A stretch of DNA of 37,026 nt from Trypethelium eluteriae (taxonomy: Eukaryota), in the NCBI GenBank assembly GCA_051942245.1, contig JAVECL010000197.1, positions 1 through 37,026 of the forward strand, in the 5' to 3' direction. A program made the translations under genes and the position numbers. Shown here in pieces: positions 21,728-33,600 of this stretch. The first letter of the stretch is position 1. Every line of letters begins with the position of its first letter. The notes beneath the pieces were generated by a model, which worked only from the letters and a program-made list of their open reading frames with translations, had not been told where the DNA came from and did not search any database.

Positions 21728-24161
21728 ATGAAATCTGGCCGAAGTCGGACAGGATGGTGAGCATTTCTCCCCGTACGCTGACTTGCAATACGAACGGTCA
21801 CTCATCCGCAACCCAGCATCACCTGTCGACAGCGCAAGTTGAAATGCGACGAGCAGAAGCCACGGTGCGGCCAATGTACAAGGGCCAATCGCGAATGTGT
21901 GCCAAGCACCGGCATCGTCTTCAGGCATCAGCAAAATGCTTCGATGAATGGTACTGAGGAGGAGTCGGCGAGCTCGTTGAAGGGCTTCTATGCCTACAAG
22001 AACACATTCGATGAGGGTAGCGTATGGGTGGACATACCGAAGCATGGTACGCATGGAACAAATCCCCCCTACATCACAGGAACTGATCGAGTCCTCCACA
22101 CAGTCACCTTCATGGAAGTCACAGACCCGTACAACGAGCCTTTGACGCCGGAACTGGAACGTATGGTCACAACTCCTGGTCGAGCCGACACGCCTTACGA
22201 TCAATTTCACTCTCCCGAATGGTCTCTGAACGGTGCGTACCAGCATACGCCAAATACCAATGTGTCGTCTACACACGGCTTGGAGGCTTTGTCCGCTGCG
22301 GCATCTGGAGACCACTACACCTATGCGGCGCCTCAAGCAAGCATGGCACGGCCAGATCTACCATATACTTCAACAGCAGACCGAACACCCACCATGCGAT
22401 CATCAACGCCACCAAGATCTGGCCTAGGTCCCATGTCTCCACCGATGACCATGTCGTCGACTCAGAACAACATAAATTTCATACTCAATCCTTCATCAGC
22501 TGCCTCTCCACCGATTGATCCAAGTCTACGCTCCCCATATGAAACACTGAGCGATCTACGGAGACAGAGGCCTGCTTCCTCACATACTACCAGTGCTGAT
22601 TTCCTTTCCCCTGATTCACATCCGGAAACGGATCATGAAATTGCCTATCTTCTACGTCATTTTTCCGAGGGTCCAGGATTGTGGATGGATCTATTTGACC
22701 TAGGAACCTATTTCTCATCTTACGTACCCGTTAAGGCGACCACCAACCCACTACTGAAATTTTCGGCGGTGGCCTATGCGGCCAAAGCTCTCGGCCGAGT
22801 CCAGGGGCATAAAGCGTCGGTAGGAGGTGTCGTATCCCACCAGGCCCGAATGGAAGTCTATCCCGATGCGCGCAAGGTCGATTGGTATCACAAGGCGGCG
22901 AAATACTACGACACCGCCGTCTCACTCCTACGGCAAGCCCTCGAAGAAGACGCCAGTGCTAGCCAAAATGGAACCATCAACCCTGACGCGAGCTGGTCAG
23001 GCTCTACACGAAGAGATGGAGAAGGCAGTCCACTCAAACGACGGCGTTTATCCAACAACGTAACTTCTCGATCGAATTCCGACGAGCTCCTCGCTGCGAC
23101 AGCCATTCTTTGCGTTTACGAGTTCCTAGACGCCTCTGGTGCTGAGTGGGCAAGACATCTCAATGGGGCCAAGTCGCTAATAGATATTGCCAAAGATGAG
23201 ATGATGCCGCTGCAATTGCCATCGCCAGGTATCAATATTCAACCGCGTCCTGGTATGAGGATTTCAAAGGCCCGAAAGGCAACATTTTGGAATCTTGCGC
23301 GACAGGACATGCTTGCTGCATGTGGGTTTCTACTAATCCATGCTCTCATCTCAGACTAATCCCTCTCCAGTCATCAACGAGACCAACACTCGCCTTGACA
23401 CCGAGGACCTCCCTATGTGGCGCGAAGCCGGCCTCTCCATCGACGATCGCGGCTTCATCCAGCCGAGCAACACGACCGCCTCAGGCTACCCCGAAGGCGA
23501 CGACATGATGAAAGAAGATATGATCTCCAACGCCCTCATCTGGCTCATCAGCAAGCTCGACAACTTCATGGCCGCCGGCGACGAGCTCCCCGCCGAACTC
23601 ACCCACCTCCCCGGCCAAGGCATCAACCAGCGCACCCTCCTCGACTACTGGTTCCACCTCAAAGAGCAGTTCCAGGTGTGGCACGACGGCCTCCCACTAA
23701 CTTTCAAGCCCGGCGCGCGCCTCTACCCCGCCAACCTGCCCCTGGATGAAGTCATCGAGTCGCCGCTGCCAGAGATCTGGTATAGCATTCCGATGTGCGC
23801 ATCCACGATGCAGAGCTACCACTTTGCGCAGATCCAGCTGCTGATGAACAAGCCGCATGAGTCGACGCAAGGGCGGTCAACGCTGTTTGCCCGCGTCAAT
23901 AGCTATGATGCGGCGCTGGCGGAGGTGCGGGTGCACAGTCGGCAAATTATTGGGATTGCGCTGGCGAGGAGCGAGGCTAGCGTTAGGATACACAGCGTGC
24001 AGCCGCTTTACACGGCCGGTCAGTGTCTGGATGATGCGCGGGAGAGGAGGCTGGTGGTGAAGTTGCTGAGGGATATCGAGAAGGACATTGGGTGGGCAAC
24101 GGAGTATCGAGTTCAGCAGTTATTAAAATTATGGGGATGGGAAGATGGCAGGGAGGTGTGA
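21728..24161 (+). CDS. Zn(II)2Cys6 transcription factor with fungal-specific C-terminal domain; exons 21728-21756, 21817-22046, 22104-23321, 23371-24161
   Basis: Spliced [33 protein letters not shown]; downstream YLLRHFSEGPGLWMDLFD, AILCVYEFL, WARHLNGA and FWNLARQDMLAAFIN. Confidence 0.93.
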
Positions 24162-24650
24162 CAGAATGGGGTCAACTGCTTGATCGACAAACACGCTATC
24201 GATCATTTTCTCGTTCAGCATGATCTGGAGTGGGTCTTGTGTGTGGTCTTTCTTTGATAACGGAGCATGAGGTCGGATCTGTGTTACTTTGCAAGGCGCT
24301 GCGGAGTAGTGAGGCACTGGTCAGTAGCATATGAGGCATGGAGATACCTCTAAAACACGTTGTGGGATGCTAAAACTACCTGATCAGAGGAATCTTCAAT
24401 GGAAGACACTGCACATATCGTAATCTGAGCCAAGCAAATCTCTACGTAGAACAGTGACCAGAGGTCTCCTACACTGAGAAGCGATAAGAAGAATGGTACA
24501 TAAGCTAGTGGGCATAGGATCTTCTGGAGCTGTGACGCAGGTTCTGTCCATGCATCCCAATATTCCAGAAGAATTACTGTGCTTGGACAATGTTCCCGTA
24601 ACGATGCCTGGAAAACGAATAAAGTCACCTTAAGCAGTCAGTAAAATGTG

Positions 24651-25172
24651 GCTTCGCCCCGTTGGCGCTAAATTTGCTGTGCAAAAGATACGCGCTCATT
24701 CCCCTTCGTTGGCGCTAAATTTGCTGTGCGAAACGGTGCTCGCTTCCTTTCCCCCCACTCCCAAAAGGTCCGAGCAGGAAGTGGTTGCTGCCAACCTTGT
24801 TGAACGTTAAGCGTGGTACATATAACCGACTTTGCGAAACTTGAATTCTAAGCCCCAGCACAGCAATTTTAGCGTCGCCAGAGCCGGCAAGCCTCTCATG
24901 AGGTACTGTACATTAGTATTCTCTCTTGGGATTAGAGATAGGGTAGAGTATTGAGGTACCTAGCTTCGCCCCGTCAGCGCCAGATTTACTGTGTAGTTTC
25001 GCAGCAGCACCTGCAACCCGCGCACCATAGCACGCCTAGGTAGGTAGGAATTTCTGGATAGGCGTGAATGTAAGCTCAGTCCAATTCTACCGAGTTGAGC
25101 CTCAGCACAGCAGTCTTGGTGTCGCCAGAGCTGGCGAGCCCCTTATGAGATAGTTTCCCTCGGAATTAGAAA
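24651..25172. repeat. Cluster B of the CACAGC motif (5 copies, both orientations) forming a diverged tandem duplication
   Basis: Minus-strand copies at 24651-24681, 24707-24729 (23 bp identical to 24660-24682) and 24963-24993; plus-strand copies at 24859 and 25106. 24851-24905 vs 25098-25152 match at 45/55. Confidence 0.88.
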
Positions 25173-25930
25173 AAACTGCAGTTTATCTTTGTGAACACAT
25201 ATAAGGTCTTTTTGTGTACTTCTTGTAGGATTTGGTCTATTAGTAATAATCATTTCTTATGGCTGCACCATATTGAGCGGTCAATTCTGGAGCGAATCTA
25301 TACTTGCAAATCCACGCAAACACTCAAGAATAGAAGGAGGTGTAGGACGCACCACAGTGATGAATGTAGAAAGCTAATAATTTTAATGACAGCTAATCTA
25401 TCCACGACATCTCTTCAGGAAACAAAAAATGTCTCGATCATGCCGTCGCAACAGAGCAGCCACGATCAGAATCTCTGCTGTAATCCATACCCAGCGAGTG
25501 AAACACCTCAATAGTTGCATATAGCTTGCAAGAGCGAATTCTTTGGAAGTGATGCTATTGATTTGCTATCAAGGAATCAGCTCGAGGATACCTATGCGTT
25601 TTCCAATCAATCAGAATGGGTTGCGACCGTTTAGGGTTGGCGAAGGGCAAAGGATAAAGATCACACCTACGAACGCACGGGCCCAACCGGCCTGTACGGT
25701 AAGGCTATTACATGACTGACATGCATTTTTCACGCCTGCAGTTTAGGCAACAATCAAGAACCTTGCGTACTCGATCAATATCATTTATACAAAGGCAGAC
25801 TCGGCTCTTCACCACGAGCCGAGATACTCCTCAAGATGTGAGCGACACAGATTGGAAACGAGGCAATCAGGAAAATCCTACGGATTCCTACAATTCTTGA
25901 TCATTGCAACATTGCATACAGAGCTAACCT

Positions 25931-28900
25931 TCATATGTCATAAATCGGTCTGGGAACATTCGGCAAGCTTGAATCCGCATCGAAGCCTATCTCCGCCATT
26001 TTTAATTTTCTCTCCTGTTGCGACCTCATTTCCTGATCATTGTCAGTCCTACTCTTTCCCATTTGAGACAGTTAGCCACTCACCTGCTCGATGGTGTTCT
26101 TAATCACATATCTAGTGACAAGAACCTGTTGACCCTGACCCAGGCGGAGAGCGCGTGCAATAGCTTGGTTCTCAATGCTAGGGTTCCACTGCGGTTCGAC
26201 AATGAAGACACGATTCGCGGTTGTGAGGTTAAGACTGTATGTGGTATTAGCATTCGATCGTCTTCTGGGTTGCACAGCCTCTGACTTCTGTCACAAGAGA
26301 TATAAAAACTGAAGCTACGCAGAAGCTTACCCAAATGCTCCCGTTCCCGTCGTCATGATCAAAACACGAATGTTTGGATCTCTTTCGAAATCATTTAAAA
26401 TTTGTTGCCGCCTTGCCACGGGACATTCACCGTCTATACGTTCAAAGCGTATGCCTACATTGGCCAAATGCTTCCCAATAAGGTTCAATGTCCGCGTCCA
26501 GCATGAAAAGATGATACTGCGTTGATGTCAGCAGCAGGACGATAGATACAAAAGCTGGATTAGGGATGCAAATAGCTACCTCTTTGTATTCTCAAGGTCT
26601 TGCTTGACATCCTGCATCAATGCTACCATCTTGGTCGAATGTCCCTCAGACCGAAAATAATCGTCATCTCGCGCTTCTGACTGTTGCGAGGCCGTTCCAA
26701 GCTTCAATTTTGCAATCACACCAGTAGCTGAACATGGAGGACAGTGCGAAATAGTATCGTCATCTCCGACTTCACTGCTTCCAAGACCGCTGTCTTGATC
26801 GGACGATTCCAAGCACTCAGAGCAAAGAATGTGTGCGCAATCCTCCGCAAAAGTCCGGTAGATCTTATTGCTCCCTAGAGTTGGCATCGAGCGCTTGCAC
26901 GAAGAGCATTGAATAACTGCGTTTCCGCCACTGCTACAGAGTGCATCTTCCTGTTCATCGCGAAGACTACGGCGTTGAAACTGGAAATGATGCTGGAATG
27001 TACCATGGTTGCACAAAATGCGCAACTGGAGTTGTGCCTGAAACATGCTGAATGTATTGTGTCGATCAAATTCTCCAGCACTCTGCTTGATGGCTTGGAC
27101 CATGAATGTCTTCGTTCTTTCATACTGGCTTCTTTCATCTAGCGATAGGGTTAGCATTCGCGTCCGACTCTGTTCTTCTGGGAGATTGAGGAGTTCCTTG
27201 GTGCGGCGAAGGCAAAGTGAATCGATCAAAGTAGTGAGACGTTGAGTGGCCAACTCACGGCCAGCCTCGGACTCCTCGAAAGGATTAACGATGTACCGTC
27301 GAAAATTTGCCATGCTGTCGAAAGGTCGAGCACGAAGAAATGAGAAGAGAGCCCCAATATCTTCAAGTCGATTTTGTATCGGTGTTCCAGTCAACAGCCA
27401 ACGTGATTTCGCAGTAAGCTCTGATACTGTACGATTGATATCTGTCGCTTGACGACGTATTACGTGCGCTGGTATGAGAAGGTCATTACAAGCTTATAGA
27501 ATAATTCGAGAGCTTCCGACCTTCTTACCTTCGTCAAGAACAATCCTGTACCAAGCTATGTTGTGTAAGATACTGTACTTGTTCCTGTACTCGGATGATA
27601 TTGTGTTGTAGGTAGTAATCACGATGTCATTGTCTTCAATTGTGGTTGAGTAATCTTTACGTCTCTGTCCGTGATATTTCACTGTTCTGAGCTTAACGCC
27701 TAGATGCCTACGCAATTTCAGCTTCTCGTGTATCGTATGATTGAGGGAACGTGCAGAAAATATGCATATACTTACTGTCTAATCTCTTCAAGCCACCCGT
27801 TGATGAGGACTGGTAATGTTAGTCCGAGTTGAAGTTGTACAATGTATAACTTACGAGCTGATGAAACAATCACGAGTGTTGCTCTTGATCGTAGCTTCGT
27901 TAATCTATGTTCATCCTCTATAATTTTCTCATTCGCCCAGTTTTCCCCATCTTCAAGTGTCCTCATCATAAGCGATAGGATGGACAAAGATTTGCCCATC
28001 CCCATCTCATCAGCGAGGATGCCACTGCCCTTTTCTTCGTAAGGAATCGTCGATTTGTGGTTCGTGATGGAGTGGATATACCTATGACCGATTACAGTTG
28101 GATTTTGTCAACCATTGGAGAGCAGAAAATTTACCAGCGCTGGCCTTCAATCTCTATGGGATGCCAAAGACGAAACTCGTCAGGAATCTCTCCGGACTCG
28201 CGCTGTATCATGAACTCAAGAGCCTGTTCTTGATGGCTATAAAAGTTGTAATTAGTTTTCTGCTCTCCATGAGAGCAGTAACGTTCAAATGGCTGTGGCC
28301 TATCGGATTGGAATTTGGATACTTACGTAAGTAATTTGGTGTTTAATCTTTCGTCTCCTTTGAACCCATCGAGCTTTGCCCCTCTCTTCAAAGAACTATA
28401 AACTTCGTTGACCGTTTTTCGAAACCGCTCAGCGTCGGACTTTTCGGGCTCAGTGTTGCCTGTTGCTTCTTCAATTTGTTCTGTGACCACACTTGAGGAT
28501 GGTTGTATCTCTGGAAACGTTATAACATGCGGATTCTCGTATGTATATCCAACTCTATATATGTGCGGGTTCTGCAGGTACGTCTTATGCATAGAAAATT
28601 TATTCCCTATATCTTTACTGGATGATATTGGCCCATAAACGTTGATGTTGACTCGTACTTTTGCGTCACTGGATTTCTCGGCTCGACTAATAGTATCATG
28701 GAGGACAGAATGTTGAGCCAAGGCCTCGAACTCGATGGAGGAATCATCGACGAACTCTTTCCAGGTCTTTGAATGGTGGTCGTTAAGCACTCCAAATTCC
28801 GTGCCATCAGGGAAGAAAAGAAAAACTTGTTCCTCGGAAGACATTGCGATCCTGAACGGTTGATAGTCTTGACCTTCTGTACGGTTGATCACTTTCAATT

Positions 28901-29526
28901 TATTACGCAGCGAGAACATGTCTCCTTTCAACTGAACTAAGGATCGATAAATCTATATTCAAATGTCAGAGCGATTTTGACGTATGGTTCAAAACGAGGG
29001 TCCTAGTTCAGTAAAGACCCGTAAAAGAAACGCTCATGAGGTGAAGATGTATTTCTTATCTTGAGAAAGGCATTTTCACGACGAATTTTTTTTTACTAAT
29101 AGATGAGGAAAAGCCACTAACCATTCCGTAACAAACTTGTTCGTAAGCTTCGGTGGCCTGTTGCTGACTATCAGTTACAGCCGACCCTTCGAGCGTCAGG
29201 CTTTGCGCCCAATCTTGCACATCTTCTTTAGCAATAAGTAGTGAAGGATCTAGCATGAAAAGATTATCCATCGTAGAACTCTCTAGGTCGTCATGGGGGC
29301 CTGCACCAGGCAATGGACCGCAAATCTCGGACCATGATTGATCTGCTATTAACGGGATGTCACTGATAATTACATTACCATTAGTTCTCATTGCATTCGA
29401 CACATTGGGGGTATTGGATTACCTGTAGAACCCTTCATCTTGTCTTTTTCTGCTTGGCGATAGCTCGGAGTTCGGAGATACATACTCGCCTTCAGCCTCG
29501 TCGTTCAAAATCCTCTTCAGCGACAT
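25931..29526 (-). CDS. SNF2-family ATPase with inserted RING finger (Rad5/Rad16/HLTF-like architecture), ~946 aa, 11 exons: 29526-29423, 29362-29122, 28952-28327, 28236-28135, 28081-27855, 27809-27776, 27707-27529, 27468-26580, 26516-26331, 26234-26084, 26032-25931
   Basis: Ten GT-AG introns give one uninterrupted frame with HQEQAL, GILADEMGMGKS, IVITTY, IVLDEAH, LTGTPIQN, CLRRTK, LRILCNH, IIFSCW, RIDG, GAFGLNL, EPQWNP and QAIARALRLGQ. RING CxxC...CxHxxCxxC...CxxC lies at 26908-26732. Confidence 0.93.
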
Positions 29527-30677
29527 GAAGTACAATTGCCTATTTCAATCGCAACTTGTACGGCAAGTGGATTGCTAGCCACCGTCATATTTCAAAAAAA
29601 AAAAAAAAAAAAAAAAACAAGATCGTTGTCAGGAAATTGACCGGTCAAGCAACAGTTGCAAAACTTGCAGAGGCACAAATTCTCTATTGGACAAGGATTG
29701 TGCTGCTTTGGCTGTGTAGTGCATAAGGCAGAATTGAGTGTCGCAGGCAGCGACGCACCTTTTACCGATAGAAAAGGTTAGAACAAGGGGGCTATGAGTG
29801 CCCCGGAACATCAACGCTAAGGCATGCGAACGCCACCGCACCATGATTCTCGTGGAGCACCGCAATGATGACATGCGTAAGGTTGAAATTGATTTCTCTC
29901 TCTAAGCGTCGAAAGTTTGCCGATACCATGCCGACTTATATCTTAGATTCACGGAGAAGTAGAGGAGGTAGAGGGAGAGGGAGAGGGAGAGTCGGAGATT
30001 TGCCGATGAGACGTTCACACCTGCATCCCCATAGCAGGGGCCTGGCTACTTAGACCCACCACGTATCTGCCTCCTAGGCATATGCGGCGAAGCTCAGGGC
30101 GACTGCATAGACTTCAACTGCTGCCTAAGAGACACTTCCAATGAGAATTGTGAGATCAAGCGCAGATCAGGTTGCGAAAAGCATTGTGGGGTGTTTCATT
30201 CAGCACAGCCACAAATGTTTGCGGCGCAGCCCTGCACAGCAATTTTAGCTTCGATTAAGAGGGTAGGACCGGAGCGCACGGCCCGAGAGTAGCGCTCTTA
30301 CCTTTGTGCTTGCAAAACCTAGCTGGATCCAGGGGGACTTTGCTCAAGATCTCGCCAGCTCTTGTCGAGCTTCCCGTCTCAAACGTGGGAGCATCTAAGC
30401 CAAGCTTTGCAATTACTAGAATTTTAGAGTTGTACTGAGCTTTATGTTTAGTTATCTATTGTACAAACCTTGGGTGATTTTCTCGTTCACTATAGACGTG
30501 CGCCAAATCCCCCGATCACTTCGAAGATTACGCTGCCGACCAACTCCTTTGATCTTTTCTCAGGCAGGAATTTCAGCTCTCTGTCTGGCCCGGGAATGAG
30601 GTCTTCTCATCGATATATGGCAAATGCTTCCTGTAATCTTGGACACGCATTACACAAGCTGTGTGTAGCAAGAGAAG
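29527..30677. promoter_or_regulatory. Shared divergent intergenic/promoter region of the SNF2 and NACHT genes (1151 bp)
   Basis: Lies between two outward-pointing ATGs. Contains an A24 tract, a GAGGGA purine run near 29961-29990, CACAGCCAC (30204-30212) and a CACAGCAATTTTAGC motif copy (30235). Confidence 0.7.
29594..29617 (+). repeat. Poly(A)24 tract
   Basis: 24 consecutive A, starting 68 bp upstream of the SNF2 ATG. Confidence 0.95.
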
Positions 30678-33600
30678 ATGACCCAGACCCAGTCCGCGTT
30701 TGAATCGGCGTTGGCCGATTTCGAGAAAGATCTCAAACCTGAAGAAAAACAGAGCTTTCAATACACCAAGATAGAAGATGTCAAGCTGGCTATTCTTGAG
30801 ATGCAGAAGGATCAAGAAAGAACCAACACAATGCGAAACCTCAACAGGATCCAACCGTTTCTAATGGCGATGGAGGAATTCTCGCGAATTATCGAAGTTT
30901 TCTTGAATGCTTCTCCTTTTGTCTGCTACATCTGGGGTCCTTTGAAGTTTCTCTTACAGGTGAGAAGCTCTCCTTATCTCATTCTTCGAATGCGCTCGTC
31001 ATTTTCCATTAAGCGCCGTTTGGAAGAGATCATGGTAGAAATTGGATTGCGAGATGTTCGAATGGTAATTGCTTGAAGTTTTATTCTGAAGAAGGTCTAA
31101 GCTAGACTTAGGCATTAAGGGAGCAGGTTGTAATTCGCAGCGCACTCGACCCCAATCATAGCTCTCCTAATACCACTAACTTACAGCCTATTTCATGCAG
31201 CTCCAACTATTCAGGTCTTGATGTTTTAATGGTACCTTCAGAAATAATCTGTTTCAGTCTTCATACTGTTGTACTCACGTCTGAAAAAGCTCTCTTACTA
31301 AATTGTCCCATCTTCCAGACTGCCAGCAAGTTCGCAGACTCTTTTGAAAAGCTTTTGGATGCTTATAGGCAGATTGGAGAGCACATTCCACTGCTATCAC
31401 AATACTCACAGCTTTTCGAGGGCAGCGAAGACATACGAAAACTTCTTCGGCTGATTTTCACCGATATACTGGAATTCCATCGAAAGGCCCTCAAGTTCTT
31501 TTCGAGACCAGGTATGAACCTAATTTCTATGGCATCGAGCATATCTGATTTTGTTATCTGAAGTATGGAGGCAGCTTCTCTCTTCAACATGGAAAGATTT
31601 CAAGTCTCGATTTGGTAAAATCTTGGAACGACTTGACAGTCACAAGAAACTGCTAAGTGAGCAGGCATGGCTGCATGCCCATGTGAATTACCAAGCAGAC
31701 AGCCAAGGACTTCAGACGTACTTCCAAGATTACTCAAAGGTCCACGATCAGATAAAGCACCACATTGAACAGTATGAGGAGGACAGGATTCGGCTCGAGG
31801 AGAGAGAGGAGGAGAGGGCCCGGAAGAAGAAAAAATCCGTGCTGGATTGGATAGCTGGCGATGAAAGCGATCAAGGTCATGATGCGAAATGTACCATCAG
31901 GGAGAGCTGTCCTGGGAGCGGGAACTGGATACTGAAGCATGAAAAGATTGAGAATTGGAGAGATGCACAGACCCCCAAATTTTCGACAGCTTGGCTGAAT
32001 GGAAAGCCCGGTGCCGGTATCTCTCTGAGACATATTAATTGACGCCGCCCGTTGCGCTAATGATTTCAGGCAAGACAATTCTGGCATCCGCCATTATTCA
32101 AAGTTGCCAATCGGACAAAAGCGCAATGACAACATACTTCTACTGCAGCCAAGGAGATCCTGTGAGGAACAACTCCGTCTCCGTTTTCAAAGGGTTGCTA
32201 AGACAAAGCCTCGAACAATGCCCAGAACTTCTTCCTTATTGCGATGAGAAGCGCAATGGTGAGTTGACCCTCAATACGCCCAAGGTTGTAAAAGACCTCC
32301 TTAAAATATTTTCCGACTTTGTACCAAAGCAGTACGTGATCATTGATGGTCTAGACGAGTGCGATGATTTGACAGAAAGAAAAGAGATTATGACCTTCAT
32401 GAATCAATTGGTCAAGGATTCTGATGCTCGAGCTCCCGGAAGTTTGCGCGTTTTGTTTGTCAGCCAGATTTTCAACGATATTAAGCGGGAACTCTCTGCG
32501 GCTAGCATTGAAATAACCCTGCGTCCGGAAGACAACCAAGGCGACATTCAAAGATATGTGCAGCAGGAGGTTGAGGAGCTCCGAATCAAATACGTCCTTG
32601 ATAAAGAGCAAGCAAACCATGTCCGGGAGAGGACATGTTTTAGAGCTGATGGTAATTAATCCCTCAGCGAGTTGTCCCTCAGCCACTGTTAACTTAGTGG
32701 CATAGGCATGTTTCTGTTCGCAGTTTTGGTGATGAAGAACCTCAAAACCCAACCGACAAAGGGAGACTTTCTCTATGAAATCAGCGAGAATAGGTTTCCA
32801 GATGATCTGAAAAAAGCGTAAGTAATGGTTTAATAGAATACGCACTGGGAACGCAACCATAACTTCACACCAGGCTTCTGCCTTCCAAGTTTGTGTATCA
32901 ATGGATGCGCTAAGTGAGGAACAGCTACGAGCGAATCCTGAGCAGTTTGAAGCGAAACCTACCTCCTAAGCTATGGAAGATCGCAACTCAGCTTCTCGGA
33001 TGGATGATCTGTGCTAAGCGACCACTCAAATGGCATGAGATTCAAGGCGCGATCTCAATTGACCCAGAAGCCCAAACCATATTCGAGCCAGAAAATATCC
33101 TTCGCGTTGATATCAGCGAATTATGTGGCTCGCTTGTTCAACTGCTCCCAGGAGATCGGATTGAGTTAGTTCACAGTACTGCGAGAATGCAAGTGGTCCC
33201 CAAAGTCTTTACTATCGATCTCTTTCTCACGATAATTTAGTCATGTCAAGAATTCGGAGTACGTGCGCGCGATAAGTGTCGAATGCGACCTCACTGTGCT
33301 TTGTCTCCAATACCTGGCTTTCCAATGCTTTGTAGAAGAGAATGAGGCCGAGCTCCTCAACTATGCTCGCCGTGGCCATTTTGTGCTGCAAGATTACGCG
33401 GTTGCTAAATGGTATCACCATGTCGAAACGTTACTTCTTTACGGCAAGAAACTCTTCGAAGAGGAATCGGGTGATCAATTGAAGCTACCAGAACTCGAGC
33501 AAGCTCTTGATGACTTTGCGGAAACATACGAAAGTGATTTACCTGACGGAGAAACTCTCCCTGACGCTCAAACAAGGGAAGACTGCGAGCCCTTCAGAGT

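Noticed and set aside
29594..29617. Poly(A) tail of a retroposed element
   Set aside because: No flanking target-site duplication or upstream element body; more simply a promoter/5'UTR homopolymer.
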